Assembly: GCA_963825525.1 (NCBI GenBank)
Contig: CAWGTN010000002.1
Location: 1,664,001-1,728,000, forward strand
DNA: 64,000 nucleotides
Direction: 5' to 3'
Source of the DNA: an uncultured Chloroflexia bacterium
Lineage (GTDB): Bacteria > Chloroflexota > Limnocylindria > QHBO01
Every line of letters begins with the position of its first letter. Position 1 is the stretch's first letter. The notes beneath the pieces were generated by a model that saw nothing but the letters and a program-made list of their open reading frames with translations, made no database searches and was not told the origin of the DNA. Positions 42,675 to 50,848 of this stretch are shown piece by piece. A program made the position numbers and the translations under genes.

Positions 42675-43754
42675 TCAGCGGAGGTGCTCGATGACCTCGA
42701 ACGGATCGGTGCTGACGATGGGTGTGGCGAAGAGCTCCATGGCGCCGATGTCGGACGATCGTGAGGCCAGGTCGCCGCGGTCCACGATCCGGACCATGGG
42801 CGGGAACGACTCCCAGCCGACGGCTCCGCCGATCGGTGCCCGCCACAGCGCGAGGTTGAAGGAACGGACCGCGAGCCGATCACGGTACGCCTCGAGGGTC
42901 TGGCCCAGGGCGTTCGCGAAGGACAGGTCCGTCTCATCCATCCCCGCGCTCCCGATGAGGATGACCTCGCGCTCCTTGCGGGGCGTGAGGCTGGCGATGA
43001 GCGTCACGCCGTCGGCGAGGTCGATCGCCAGGCCCAGGCTGCGGTGCACCGCGATGAGCTCCTCGACGAGGTCCGCCTCATGGTCCGCGACATACCGGGC
43101 TGCGTCGCGTCGAAACTGCTCGACCTGCTGGTAGTGCCGCCCCGATCCGAGCAGCGCCTGCGCGTGGCCATGGACGATCGAGCCCCCGGCGCGCCACAGG
43201 CAATTCCAGATCAGGAGGTAGTTCACCGCGCCCGGATCAGCCTCGTGCGCTCGTTCGGCCCATGTACGACCGGTGGCCAGGACGTCGCGAACCAGATCGC
43301 CGTCGAATTCGAGGGGGTCGTGGCGGTCGAACACCAGCACCGCGTGGTGTCCTTCGCCGAGGGCTGCGTTCGCGCCGCTGGTGACGTGGCGGCCGTGCAC
43401 GCGGCCGAAGGTGTCCGCCGGGGTCCCGGTCATCGGCTCGCAGAACGGATCGCCGCCGGTGTGGTCGATCGCCGCGATCATCTCCGCGGCGCCATCGCTC
43501 TCGTCGATGGGCCGGTGCGCCCGCAGCGGCGCGAAGATCGTTGACTCCAGTGTCGCCGGGTTCGTCACCTTGACGATCGCCTGGTCCCGTACCGCCGCCA
43601 CGGATCCGAAGCGAGCCGCGAGCCAGGCATGCAGCTCGGGCGGCGGATCGGTCTGGCCGCGCACGACGTGGGCCTCGACAAGGCGGGCAGCGCGTTCACG
43701 CATCGGGCCGCGCAGCGCATCCAGCCGTTCCGGCAGCTCGAGGATGCTCGTCAG
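42675..43754 (-). CDS. HIT/GalT-superfamily nucleotidyltransferase-like protein
   Basis: GDPFC, WNCLWRAGGSIVHGHAQ (HxHxQ), SFNL, SDIGAMELF; start ATG 43703 or CTG 43754 overlapping the upstream TGA. Confidence 0.72.
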   Translation of the reverse strand: MTSILELPERLDALRGPMRERAARLVEAHVVRGQTDPPPELHAWLAARFGSVAAVRDQAIVKVTNPATLESTIFAPLRAHRPIDESDGAAEMIAAIDHTGGDPFCEPMTGTPADTFGRVHGRHVTSGANAALGEGHHAVLVFDRHDPLEFDGDLVRDVLATGRTWAERAHEADPGAVNYLLIWNCLWRAGGSIVHGHAQALLGSGRHYQQVEQFRRDAARYVADHEADLVEELIAVHRSLGLAIDLADGVTLIASLTPRKEREVILIGSAGMDETDLSFANALGQTLEAYRDRLAVRSFNLALWRAPIGGAVGWESFPPMVRIVDRGDLASRSSDIGAMELFATPIVSTDPFEVIEHLR

Positions 43755-44335
43755 TCGTACTCCCAGCTGCGCCGATGTTCAAGCGCCAGCCACTCGTCGC
43801 GCAGCAGGCTCATGACGTGGACATCCTCGTGAGCGCCGCGTGCGAAGTGGGCGCGGCGCAGCGTGCCCTCGTGGACGAAGCCGGCGCTGCGGTACGACCG
43901 CACGGCCCGCTCGTTGCTCGCGTACACGTGTAGCGCGATGCGCTCGAGGCGCAGCTCGCCGAAGCCGAAGTCGCAGATGGCGCGAAGTGCATCGGTCCCG
44001 TACCCCTTGTTCCACTCGCCCTTCTCGCCGATGGCGATGCCGAACTCGGCGTGGCCGCTGCGCTGGTGGACCTCGTGGAGGCCGGCGGTGCCGATCGGGC
44101 GGTCATCGGCCAGGAGGCAGATCACGAAGTGGTAATCGGTCTTGCCCTGCGCTTCGACCATGCGGTCGAACCAGCGCTCCTCCATGGCCGCGCTCAGGGG
44201 CGCGCGGTTCATGAGGTGACGCGCCACCTCGGCGTCGTTGAGCCATTCGACGAAGCGCGGGATATCGTCCTGCTCGGATGCCCGGAGATACACGTGCTTG
44301 CCCCGGATGATCCGCGCACGGTCCGAACTGCCCAT
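43751..44335 (-). CDS. GNAT acetyltransferase, RimJ/RimL family
   Basis: VYLRA, FGIAIGEKGEWNKGYGT, NERAVRSY, GFVHEG, DVHVMSLLRDEW. Confidence 0.9.
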   Translation of the reverse strand: MGSSDRARIIRGKHVYLRASEQDDIPRFVEWLNDAEVARHLMNRAPLSAAMEERWFDRMVEAQGKTDYHFVICLLADDRPIGTAGLHEVHQRSGHAEFGIAIGEKGEWNKGYGTDALRAICDFGFGELRLERIALHVYASNERAVRSYRSAGFVHEGTLRRAHFARGAHEDVHVMSLLRDEWLALEHRRSWEYD

Positions 44336-44366
44336 GATCGCGAGTGTAGCGGCGGTCGCTCAGCGA

Positions 44367-45459
44367 TCAGAGCCCGACGAGCATCCAGGTCTCGTCGAGC
44401 GCCGCGTCGGAGGTGCGGCCCCCGAACAGGAACGCGCGACCGCTGACGGGGTCGATGCGCCAGCTCCGCACCTGCCCGGGCCGCCGGAGCCTCGCCGACG
44501 GGCTCGAGTCTCGCCACCGTTTCGTCATCGGCCATCAGCCAGAGATCGGCGAGATAGGTGCCGTCGACCGCCTGCCCACCGACGACGAGAGTCGCCGCGT
44601 CGAGTCTCGTCCTCGCGTACAGGTTGCGGCCCGGCGGGAGCTCGGCCTCGACCCGACGCCATGCGTCGCCTTCGAGGACCCACAGGTCGTCCAGCGCGGT
44701 GAGGCCGGTGGTCTGGCCCGCGTACAGGGCAAGGGCTCCCTCGTCCGTCCACCAGCAGCCATGAAGGCATCGCTCAACTGGCCGCCGCCCGTCTGCCGGC
44801 GTCACGTCCGACCAGGTCTCGGTCACGAAGTCGTAGGCGCGCGTGTCCGAGAACCGGGTTCCCTCCTGGGTGAAGCCGTGGCTCATCCACAACCGTCCGT
44901 CCGGCCCGACGGCGACGCACGATCCGTAGCGCGGGGTCGGCACCGCACCGCTGGCGGGCAGCTGCCGCCAGGCATCGGCCGTCGGGTCATATGCCCAGAG
45001 GTCGCTGAAGAAGGTCGTCGGTCCACCCTGACCGGCGAAGATCACGACGCCGACTCCCTCGACCCAGGCTGCTTCGTGGCCGAATCTTGGCGCGGGCGAG
45101 GCGGGCGGGCTGAGTTCGCTCCAGGTCCGATCCTCGAGATCGAAGGCCCACGTGTCGGCGAACACGGTGGTCCCGCTGCGGCCACCGAACAGGTAGGCGA
45201 TCCCGGACGAGCCCGCCACCGTCCAGGTGTGGTCCTCCCGTTGGCTCGGCCCCGCGACGTCGAGACGCTCCCATGCCAGGGTCACCGGCTCGGTGGTGGC
45301 GACGGTGGAGGCGGATGGATGGGAGGACCGGTCGCTGGGTGCGGCCGACGGTGGTGTGCTGGGCGTGGCGCCGGGATCAACCGTCGTGGGGGTCGGCGTG
45401 GCGGCGCCGCATCCGGTCACCAGCATCACCAAGGCGGCCATCATCCGGACTCGATTCAT
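44367..45459 (-). CDS. Kelch-repeat lipoprotein (one +1 frameshift near 44457)
   Basis: Lipobox VTGC; repeats YLFGG...DTWAFD, IFAGQ...DLWAYD; last blade IDPVSGRAFLFGG...ETWML in shifted frame. Confidence 0.82.
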
Positions 45460-45532
45460 GGGTGACAAGCATACGCTCGGGTCGGCAGACCCCCGGATGG
45501 ATCCAATGCTGCCGCCTGCGCGTCATGTCGGC

Positions 45533-45613
45533 ATGCCAGTCGCCGAGCTTCTCTCCCTGATCGTGGCGGTGCTGCTGTGGATCGCGCTCCTCGGCACGCT
45601 CGAACAACCGTGA
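45533..45613 (+). CDS. Possible 26-aa single-TM peptide (MPVAELLSLIVAVLLWIALLGTLEQP)
   Basis: Strongly hydrophobic short ORF with GC3-rich codons in an otherwise empty gap. Confidence 0.3.
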   Translation: MPVAELLSLIVAVLLWIALLGTLEQP

Positions 45614-45637
45614 GCCTGCTCGGCCGATGCGGAGCGA

Positions 45638-45713
<76 letters not shown>

Positions 45714-45835
45714 TCGGCCAGGGCCGCGATTCTACCCGATGGCCCCGGGCCGATCATCCGGTCAGGGCGGTGCACCACGACGCCGGGCATCTGCCCGGCG
45801 TCTGCCACGGTATCGGGATGCTCAGCGGACCACGG

Positions 45836-46054
45836 TCACGCCGCCACCCGTCGGGTGGGTCGAAGGCCGAGGATCGCGCCCGCGAGGGTGGCGACCAGTC
45901 GACGAGCCGTTGCGCGGCGGTGGGCCTGGCGGTCGACGGTCATTGAGCCATCGGCACGATCACGGACGACCTTGTGGAGCAGCGCCGCGTGGGCCTGGCG
46001 CTCCGCGTGCACGCTGTCGGCCAGCTGATGGGTCGTGAGATCGGGTGCGAACAT
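45836..46054 (-). CDS. Small hypothetical protein (72 aa)
   Basis: GAGGAGG SD before ATG; divergent from the Crp/Fnr gene. Confidence 0.6.
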   Translation of the reverse strand: MFAPDLTTHQLADSVHAERQAHAALLHKVVRDRADGSMTVDRQAHRRATARRLVATLAGAILGLRPTRRVAA

Positions 46055-46309
46055 GTGATGGCCTCCTCGGATTTCGCTGGCACGTCGCCGTGCTCATCGG
46101 TACTGAACTGTCTGCGGTCATGGTCGGCCCCGGGCGGCGATCCGCGCGATCGACTGGCAGACGCCCCGGGCGTCCCCTTGCCGATGCGAACGTGGTCACC
46201 GGTGTCACACGGCACCGGTCGCCCATCCGACAACTCTTGACGGAATCCTCGACCGGAACGAGAGTGTCGGCACGACCGGATTCCAGCCCACCGCCCCGAG
46301 GGATGACCC

Positions 46310-47005
46310 GTGCCGGACCACGAACTCGCCATTGCCAGCCTCCGCCGATGCGCGCTGTTCGCCCACGTCGAAGACGATGGGCTGCGGCTTCTGGTCGGGC
46401 TCATGCGGCCGCGGCGCTTCCGCCGCAACGAGGTGGTGTTTCACCAGGGCGACGTCGGCGATGCGCTCCACATCGTGGTCGAGGGTGGCGTAAAGATCGT
46501 TCTCCCCTCGGCCGAGGGTGACGAGGCGATCATCGCCAGCCTCAAGGCGGGCGATTTCTTCGGGGAACTGGCGCTGCTGGACGGCTCGCCGAGGTCGACC
46601 ACCGCCACCGCGCTCGAGCAGACCGAGACGCTCGCGCTGCCGCGTGACCAGTTCCTTGGCCTCTTGCCGGACGATCCTCGGCTCGTGACGGCGCTCTTGC
46701 GGGCGCTCGCCGCCGAGCTCCGTCGCCTGACCGGCCACGTCGAGGAGCTTCACTTCCTGGACCTCGCGGGCCGGCTCTCCATGCGCCTCGTGCGGCTGGC
46801 GCGCGCGAGCAATCCCGATGCGGCCGACCGAGTCGAGCTCGATTGGCCGTTCACCCAGTCCGACCTGGCCGCGATGATCGGGGCGACACGACAGAGTGTG
46901 AACAAGCTCCTCAGCGGCCTGGTCGACGAGGGCCTGATCGAGATCGATCGCGACACCCTGATCATCGTGGACCTCGCGGCCCTCGAAGCACGTGGGGCGC
47001 GGTGA
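46310..47005 (+). CDS. Crp/Fnr family transcriptional regulator
   Basis: VFHQGD, GDFFGELALLDGSPRSTT phosphate-binding cassette, TQSDLAAMIGATRQSVNKLL HTH. Confidence 0.94.
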   Translation: MPDHELAIASLRRCALFAHVEDDGLRLLVGLMRPRRFRRNEVVFHQGDVGDALHIVVEGGVKIVLPSAEGDEAIIASLKAGDFFGELALLDGSPRSTTATALEQTETLALPRDQFLGLLPDDPRLVTALLRALAAELRRLTGHVEELHFLDLAGRLSMRLVRLARASNPDAADRVELDWPFTQSDLAAMIGATRQSVNKLLSGLVDEGLIEIDRDTLIIVDLAALEARGAR

Positions 47006-47006
47006 A

Positions 47007-47024
47007 GTGTCCGATTTCAGACAC
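47007..47024. promoter_or_regulatory. Palindrome with CRP-like geometry upstream of the repeat-peptide gene
   Basis: GTGTC-cgatttca-GACAC (TGT-N10-ACA). Confidence 0.4.
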
Positions 47025-47223
47025 ATGGCATGTCGCATCGGCGCTTCGTCGGCTTGCGAGGCGCCGATAGGATGAGCAAAGCGCGGTACCACTGCCGCCA
47101 CCGCCACAGGAGGGTTCGGATCATGGATCTCCGCCATCGGCAGCAGCCAATGGCATCATCCGCCGGACCAGACCAGCCCGGCGGCAAGTCATTCGAACAG
47201 CGCAGTTGAGAGGGAAACCAGAC

Positions 47224-47592
47224 ATGACGGACCAGCGCGACGACAGGATCGACGACGTCGAAGGCCACGGCTTCCGCAAGGGCGCCACTGACGACAAGCC
47301 CGAAGGCAGCGACTTTCGAAGCAACTCCGACGACGATGTCGAGGGTCACGGCTTCCGCAAGGGCGCCACTGACGACGACGATGTCGAGGGCCACGGCTTC
47401 CGCAAGGGCGCCACTGACGACGACGATGTCGAGGGTCACGGCTTCCGCAAGGGCGCCACTGACGACGACGATGTCGAGGGTCACGGCTTCCGCAAGGGCG
47501 CCACTGACGACGACGATGTCGAGGGTCACGGCTTCCGCAAGGGCGCCACTGACGACGACGACACCGAAGGCCACGTGATGAACCTCAGGTAG
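47224..47592 (+). CDS. Tandem-repeat peptide precursor (DDDDVEGHGFRKGAT)n, 122 aa
   Basis: GAGAGGGA SD; synonymous variation between repeats (GGT/GGC, GAG/GAA, GAT/GAC) supports this frame; 13 nt from the GAF gene. Confidence 0.85.
   Translation: MTDQRDDRIDDVEGHGFRKGATDDKPEGSDFRSNSDDDVEGHGFRKGATDDDDVEGHGFRKGATDDDDVEGHGFRKGATDDDDVEGHGFRKGATDDDDVEGHGFRKGATDDDDTEGHVMNLR
47329..47553 (+). repeat. Five tandem 45-nt repeats, plus a diverged copy at 47251-47295
   Basis: GACGACGATGTCGAGGGTCACGGCTTCCGCAAGGGCGCCACTGAC x5, one T>C in copy 2; no spacers. Confidence 0.97.
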
Positions 47593-47605
47593 CAGGTCGC
47601 TATCT

Positions 47606-48382
47606 GTGGACCAGGAGTCCCAGGCCGCGCTCACCGCACTCGTTGCGGGGGCGCGGCGTTCTGCCGTCGGTCGCCGGTTGCAGGGCGACATCGAGACCCG
47701 GCTGCTGCAGAGCATCGTTGACGCCACCGTCCGCCTGTTCGACGCGGAGGCGGCGTCAATCGCCCTGTTCGAGCAGGACCCCGATCGCCTGGAGTTTCGC
47801 GTTGCGGCCGGTGAACAGGGGGCCGGCGCCGTTGGACTGACCGTGCCGCCAACGCAGGGCATTGCCGGATTTGTCTATTCGACCGGCCAGGCGCTGTCGC
47901 TGTCCGACGTCGCCAACGATCCGAGATTCAACCGCGACGCGGCTGAACAGACCGGATACGTGCCACGCTCGATTGCGGCCGCGCCCCTCCTGGATGAGGA
48001 AGGTGCCGTCGGTGTCCTGCAGGTCCTGGACAAGCGCGGATCGCCGACATTCTCCCTGCAGGACATGGAGCTCCTCGGCGTGTTTGCCGCGCAGGCGACG
48101 GTCGCGATCTCGGCGGCCAAGGTCCAGCGCGACACGGAGCGTCTGCTTCGCTCCACGATCGGGCGGGTCGGGCCGGACCTGGGCGACGAGGCCATCGAGC
48201 AGCTCGTCTCGTCGGCCACCATCGGCCTCGACGTCGACGATGAAGCGCCCTTCTGGCGACTGGTCGACCAGGTGGCGCGACTTCGGTCGCTGAGCGATGG
48301 CGAAGTCGCGCTGGTCACCGACATCCTGTCCGTGGTCGCCGACCACGCCGGACGCCGGCGACGCCCACAGGCTGGGCGGTGA
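47606..48382 (+). CDS. Stand-alone GAF domain protein
   Basis: AEAASIAL, GIAGFV, DVANDPRF, TGYVPRSIAAAPL, GVLQVLDK...F...DMELL; no output domain. Confidence 0.9.
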   Translation: MDQESQAALTALVAGARRSAVGRRLQGDIETRLLQSIVDATVRLFDAEAASIALFEQDPDRLEFRVAAGEQGAGAVGLTVPPTQGIAGFVYSTGQALSLSDVANDPRFNRDAAEQTGYVPRSIAAAPLLDEEGAVGVLQVLDKRGSPTFSLQDMELLGVFAAQATVAISAAKVQRDTERLLRSTIGRVGPDLGDEAIEQLVSSATIGLDVDDEAPFWRLVDQVARLRSLSDGEVALVTDILSVVADHAGRRRRPQAGR

Positions 48383-49222
48383 CCGACCAGCTTCCGGCAT
48401 GGTCTGAACCATTCGCCGACCCGCGAGGGACCCTGCGCCGTCCGCTGCGACTGCGCGGATTGACACGGCGACTGGGCGTGGGGCGGTTCCACCGGGAAGG
48501 GCATTCGCGTCGGGATCATCGACTCGGGCCTCGAGAACGCCCATCCGAGCCTCAAGGGTCGCGTCGTGCAGAACGTCACCGTCGAGCTGGGTGAGGATGA
48601 GCCCGTTGTCGTGCCCGACGGCGAGCAGGACATGTTCGGCCACGGCACCGCCTGCGGCGGGATCATCGTCGGGCTCGCCCCGGAGGTCGAGCTCGTTTCG
48701 ATTCGTGTGCTCGGCGCCGACCTCCGTGGCAAGGGCGCCGCGTTCGCCGCCGGGCTCGAGTGGGCGATCGAACAGGGGCTGGAGGTCTGCAACCTGAGCC
48801 TCTCCTCGAAGAGCGAGTCGCTGTATCCGGTCTTTCACGATCTCGCCGATCGCGCCTACTTTCGAGGGACGGCGCTGATCAGCGCGGCGAACAACGTTCC
48901 GGCGCCGAGCTATCCGTCGTTGTTCTCGTCGGTGTTCTCGGTGGCCGCTCACGGCGAGCCCGATCCTCAACGCCTCTACTACAACCCGCAGCCGCCCGTC
49001 GAGTTCGGCGCCTGGGGCGTCGACGTTCCGATCGCGTGGAAGGACGGCGGGTCAACCGTGGCGACCGGCAACAGCTTCGCCGCGCCGCACGTGGCCGGTA
49101 TCGTGGCGCTCATCCTGTCGAAGCATCCGGGCCTGAGCCCGTTCGAAGTCAAGGCGATCCTCGCCAGTGTTGCCGACAATCCCGGTCGGCGCGCCTCGCG
49201 GCGCGCGGTCAGCCGGCCATGA
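48379..49222 (+). CDS. S8 family subtilisin-like serine peptidase, no signal peptide (one +1 frameshift near 48468)
   Basis: After correction: DWAWGGSTGKGIRVGIIDSG, GHGTACGG, NLSL, AANN, TGNSFAAPHVAG. Confidence 0.9.
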
Positions 49223-50844
49223 GCCTGGTCTCCACCTACGTCGAGCTGTTCCGACGCAACCACGCTCTGGCGCGTCTGCTGGCGGGAGAGTTCATCTCCG
49301 GCATCGGCGACTGGCTCTACCTGGTCGCCATCCTGGTGGTGGTCTACGCGGAGAGCAATTCGGCGGTGCTCCTCGGCATCGTGGGCGCTGCGCGCATCCT
49401 GCCGTACGTCCTCCTGTCGGTTCCGGCGGGAATCGTGGCCGACCGTTTCGACCGCCGCATGGTGCTGCTGGTGACCGACGTTGCGCGCGGAGTCCTGATG
49501 TTGGTCCTGGTTGGCGCCGTGATCGTGGATGCGCCGACGATCGCCATCGTGGGCCTTTCGATCCTGGCCGCCTGCTTCTCGACATTCTTCGGGCCGGCCA
49601 TCGCCGCGCTGCTGCCGATGCTGGTCGACGAGAGCGACCTCGGTCCGGCGAACAGTGCCTGGGCGACGCTCGACAACGTGGCCTTCATCGTGGGTCCGGC
49701 CCTGGCCGGCGTCCTGTTGGCGAGCGGCGGGCTTGAGTTCGCTTTCCTGCTGAATGCCGTGTCCTTCGGCGTCGTGGCCATCGTCCTGTGGCGGCTGCCG
49801 GTGCCGCGTCGCGCCCCGCCCAGCCAGGAACCGGGCGCCGAATCCTCCGAGGCAGAGCCAACATGGCGACACCTCGTCCGACCCATGGCCGGGCCGTTCG
49901 TTCTCGACTCGGCGACGAGCTTCGTGGGGGGCGGCGTGGGCGTCATGACCGTGGTCATCGCCGTCGACGTGCTCAGCTCCGGTGAGGCAGGCACGGGCTA
50001 CCTGAATGCTGCGACCGGCGTGGGCGGAGTGATCGCCGGGATCGCCGGTGGCGCGCTGCTGGCGCGACGGCTCGGCGTGCCACTGGCCATCGGTGGCGCG
50101 GCGGGAGCGATCGGGCTGGCCTGGCTGGCAATCGCCGGCGATCTCCTGACCGCCATGCTGGCCATCGGGGTGGCGGTGGCCGGCCTGCTGCTCCTGGACG
50201 TGGTGAACACCACGCTCATCCAGCGCATCGTTCCGGATGATCTTCGCGGTCGAGCGATGGGCGTGCTGCAGACGACGTCCGCCGTCCTGTATGCCCTCGG
50301 GTCACTGGTCATGCCGTTGCTGGCGAGCGTGATCGGCGTTCCCTACGTCCTCGTCGGCTCGCTCGTGATCGTGGTTGCCGGGGTCGTCGTTGCCCTCGTG
50401 CTGTCGCCCGCTGAGGGTGTTCCGACCCAGCTCGACCCGCGGCGCGCGCGGTTGCTCGAGCACTCGATCTTCCGAGGGCTGCCGACCGGACGGCTGGAGT
50501 CCGCCGCGCGCCAGCTCATCGAGGTCCCGATGGAGGCCGGCACCGTGATCATTCGCCAGGGCGACGTGGCGGATCGCTTCTACCTCATCGGCGACGGATC
50601 GGTGGCGGTGACGCAGGAGCCCGACGGCGGCGGAGCCCAGGAGCATCTCCGCGACCTCGGGGAGGGAGACGTATTCGGCGAGATCGGCCTCCTGCGCCGA
50701 TCACCTCGCACCGCGACCGTGACCGCCACCAGCAGCGGCACGCTCCTCGCGCTCGACGCGCCGATCTTCCGCGAGCTCGTCGGATCCGGGCCCGGTCTGA
50801 GCACGCGGCTGCTCGACCTCTACCGCGGGGCGCTCGCTCGCTGA
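49219..50844 (+). CDS. MFS transporter with C-terminal cyclic-nucleotide-binding domain
   Basis: GIVADRFDRR motif A, multiple TM helices; IIRQGDVADRFYLI...GDVFGEIGLLRRSPRTATV; ATGA overlap with the peptidase. Confidence 0.92.
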   Translation: MSLVSTYVELFRRNHALARLLAGEFISGIGDWLYLVAILVVVYAESNSAVLLGIVGAARILPYVLLSVPAGIVADRFDRRMVLLVTDVARGVLMLVLVGAVIVDAPTIAIVGLSILAACFSTFFGPAIAALLPMLVDESDLGPANSAWATLDNVAFIVGPALAGVLLASGGLEFAFLLNAVSFGVVAIVLWRLPVPRRAPPSQEPGAESSEAEPTWRHLVRPMAGPFVLDSATSFVGGGVGVMTVVIAVDVLSSGEAGTGYLNAATGVGGVIAGIAGGALLARRLGVPLAIGGAAGAIGLAWLAIAGDLLTAMLAIGVAVAGLLLLDVVNTTLIQRIVPDDLRGRAMGVLQTTSAVLYALGSLVMPLLASVIGVPYVLVGSLVIVVAGVVVALVLSPAEGVPTQLDPRRARLLEHSIFRGLPTGRLESAARQLIEVPMEAGTVIIRQGDVADRFYLIGDGSVAVTQEPDGGGAQEHLRDLGEGDVFGEIGLLRRSPRTATVTATSSGTLLALDAPIFRELVGSGPGLSTRLLDLYRGALAR

Positions 50845-50848
50845 CCGA

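Noticed and set aside
46192-46210. CRP site upstream of the crp gene (GTGGTCACCGGTGTCACAC)
   Set aside because: Only one good half-site (TCACA) and imperfect symmetry; too weak to call.
47251-47574. CRISPR array
   Set aside because: Repeats are contiguous with no unique spacers, the unit is 45 nt (15 codons) with synonymous variation, and there are no cas genes.
47017-47862. Minus-strand ORF with hydrophobic repeats (VVSGALAEAVTLDIV)n as a membrane or gas-vesicle-like protein
   Set aside because: Antisense shadow of the repeat gene; it overlaps the GAF gene, and repeat variation is non-synonymous in this frame but synonymous on the plus strand.
48455-48480. Programmed ribosomal frameshift in the subtilase
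   Set aside because: No slippery sequence, and the same +1 error pattern occurs in about nine unrelated places.
47224-50844. Classical modified RiPP cluster (lanthipeptide, cyanobactin, graspetide)
   Set aside because: No tailoring enzyme in the locus and no Cys in the precursor; only a protease and a transporter are present.
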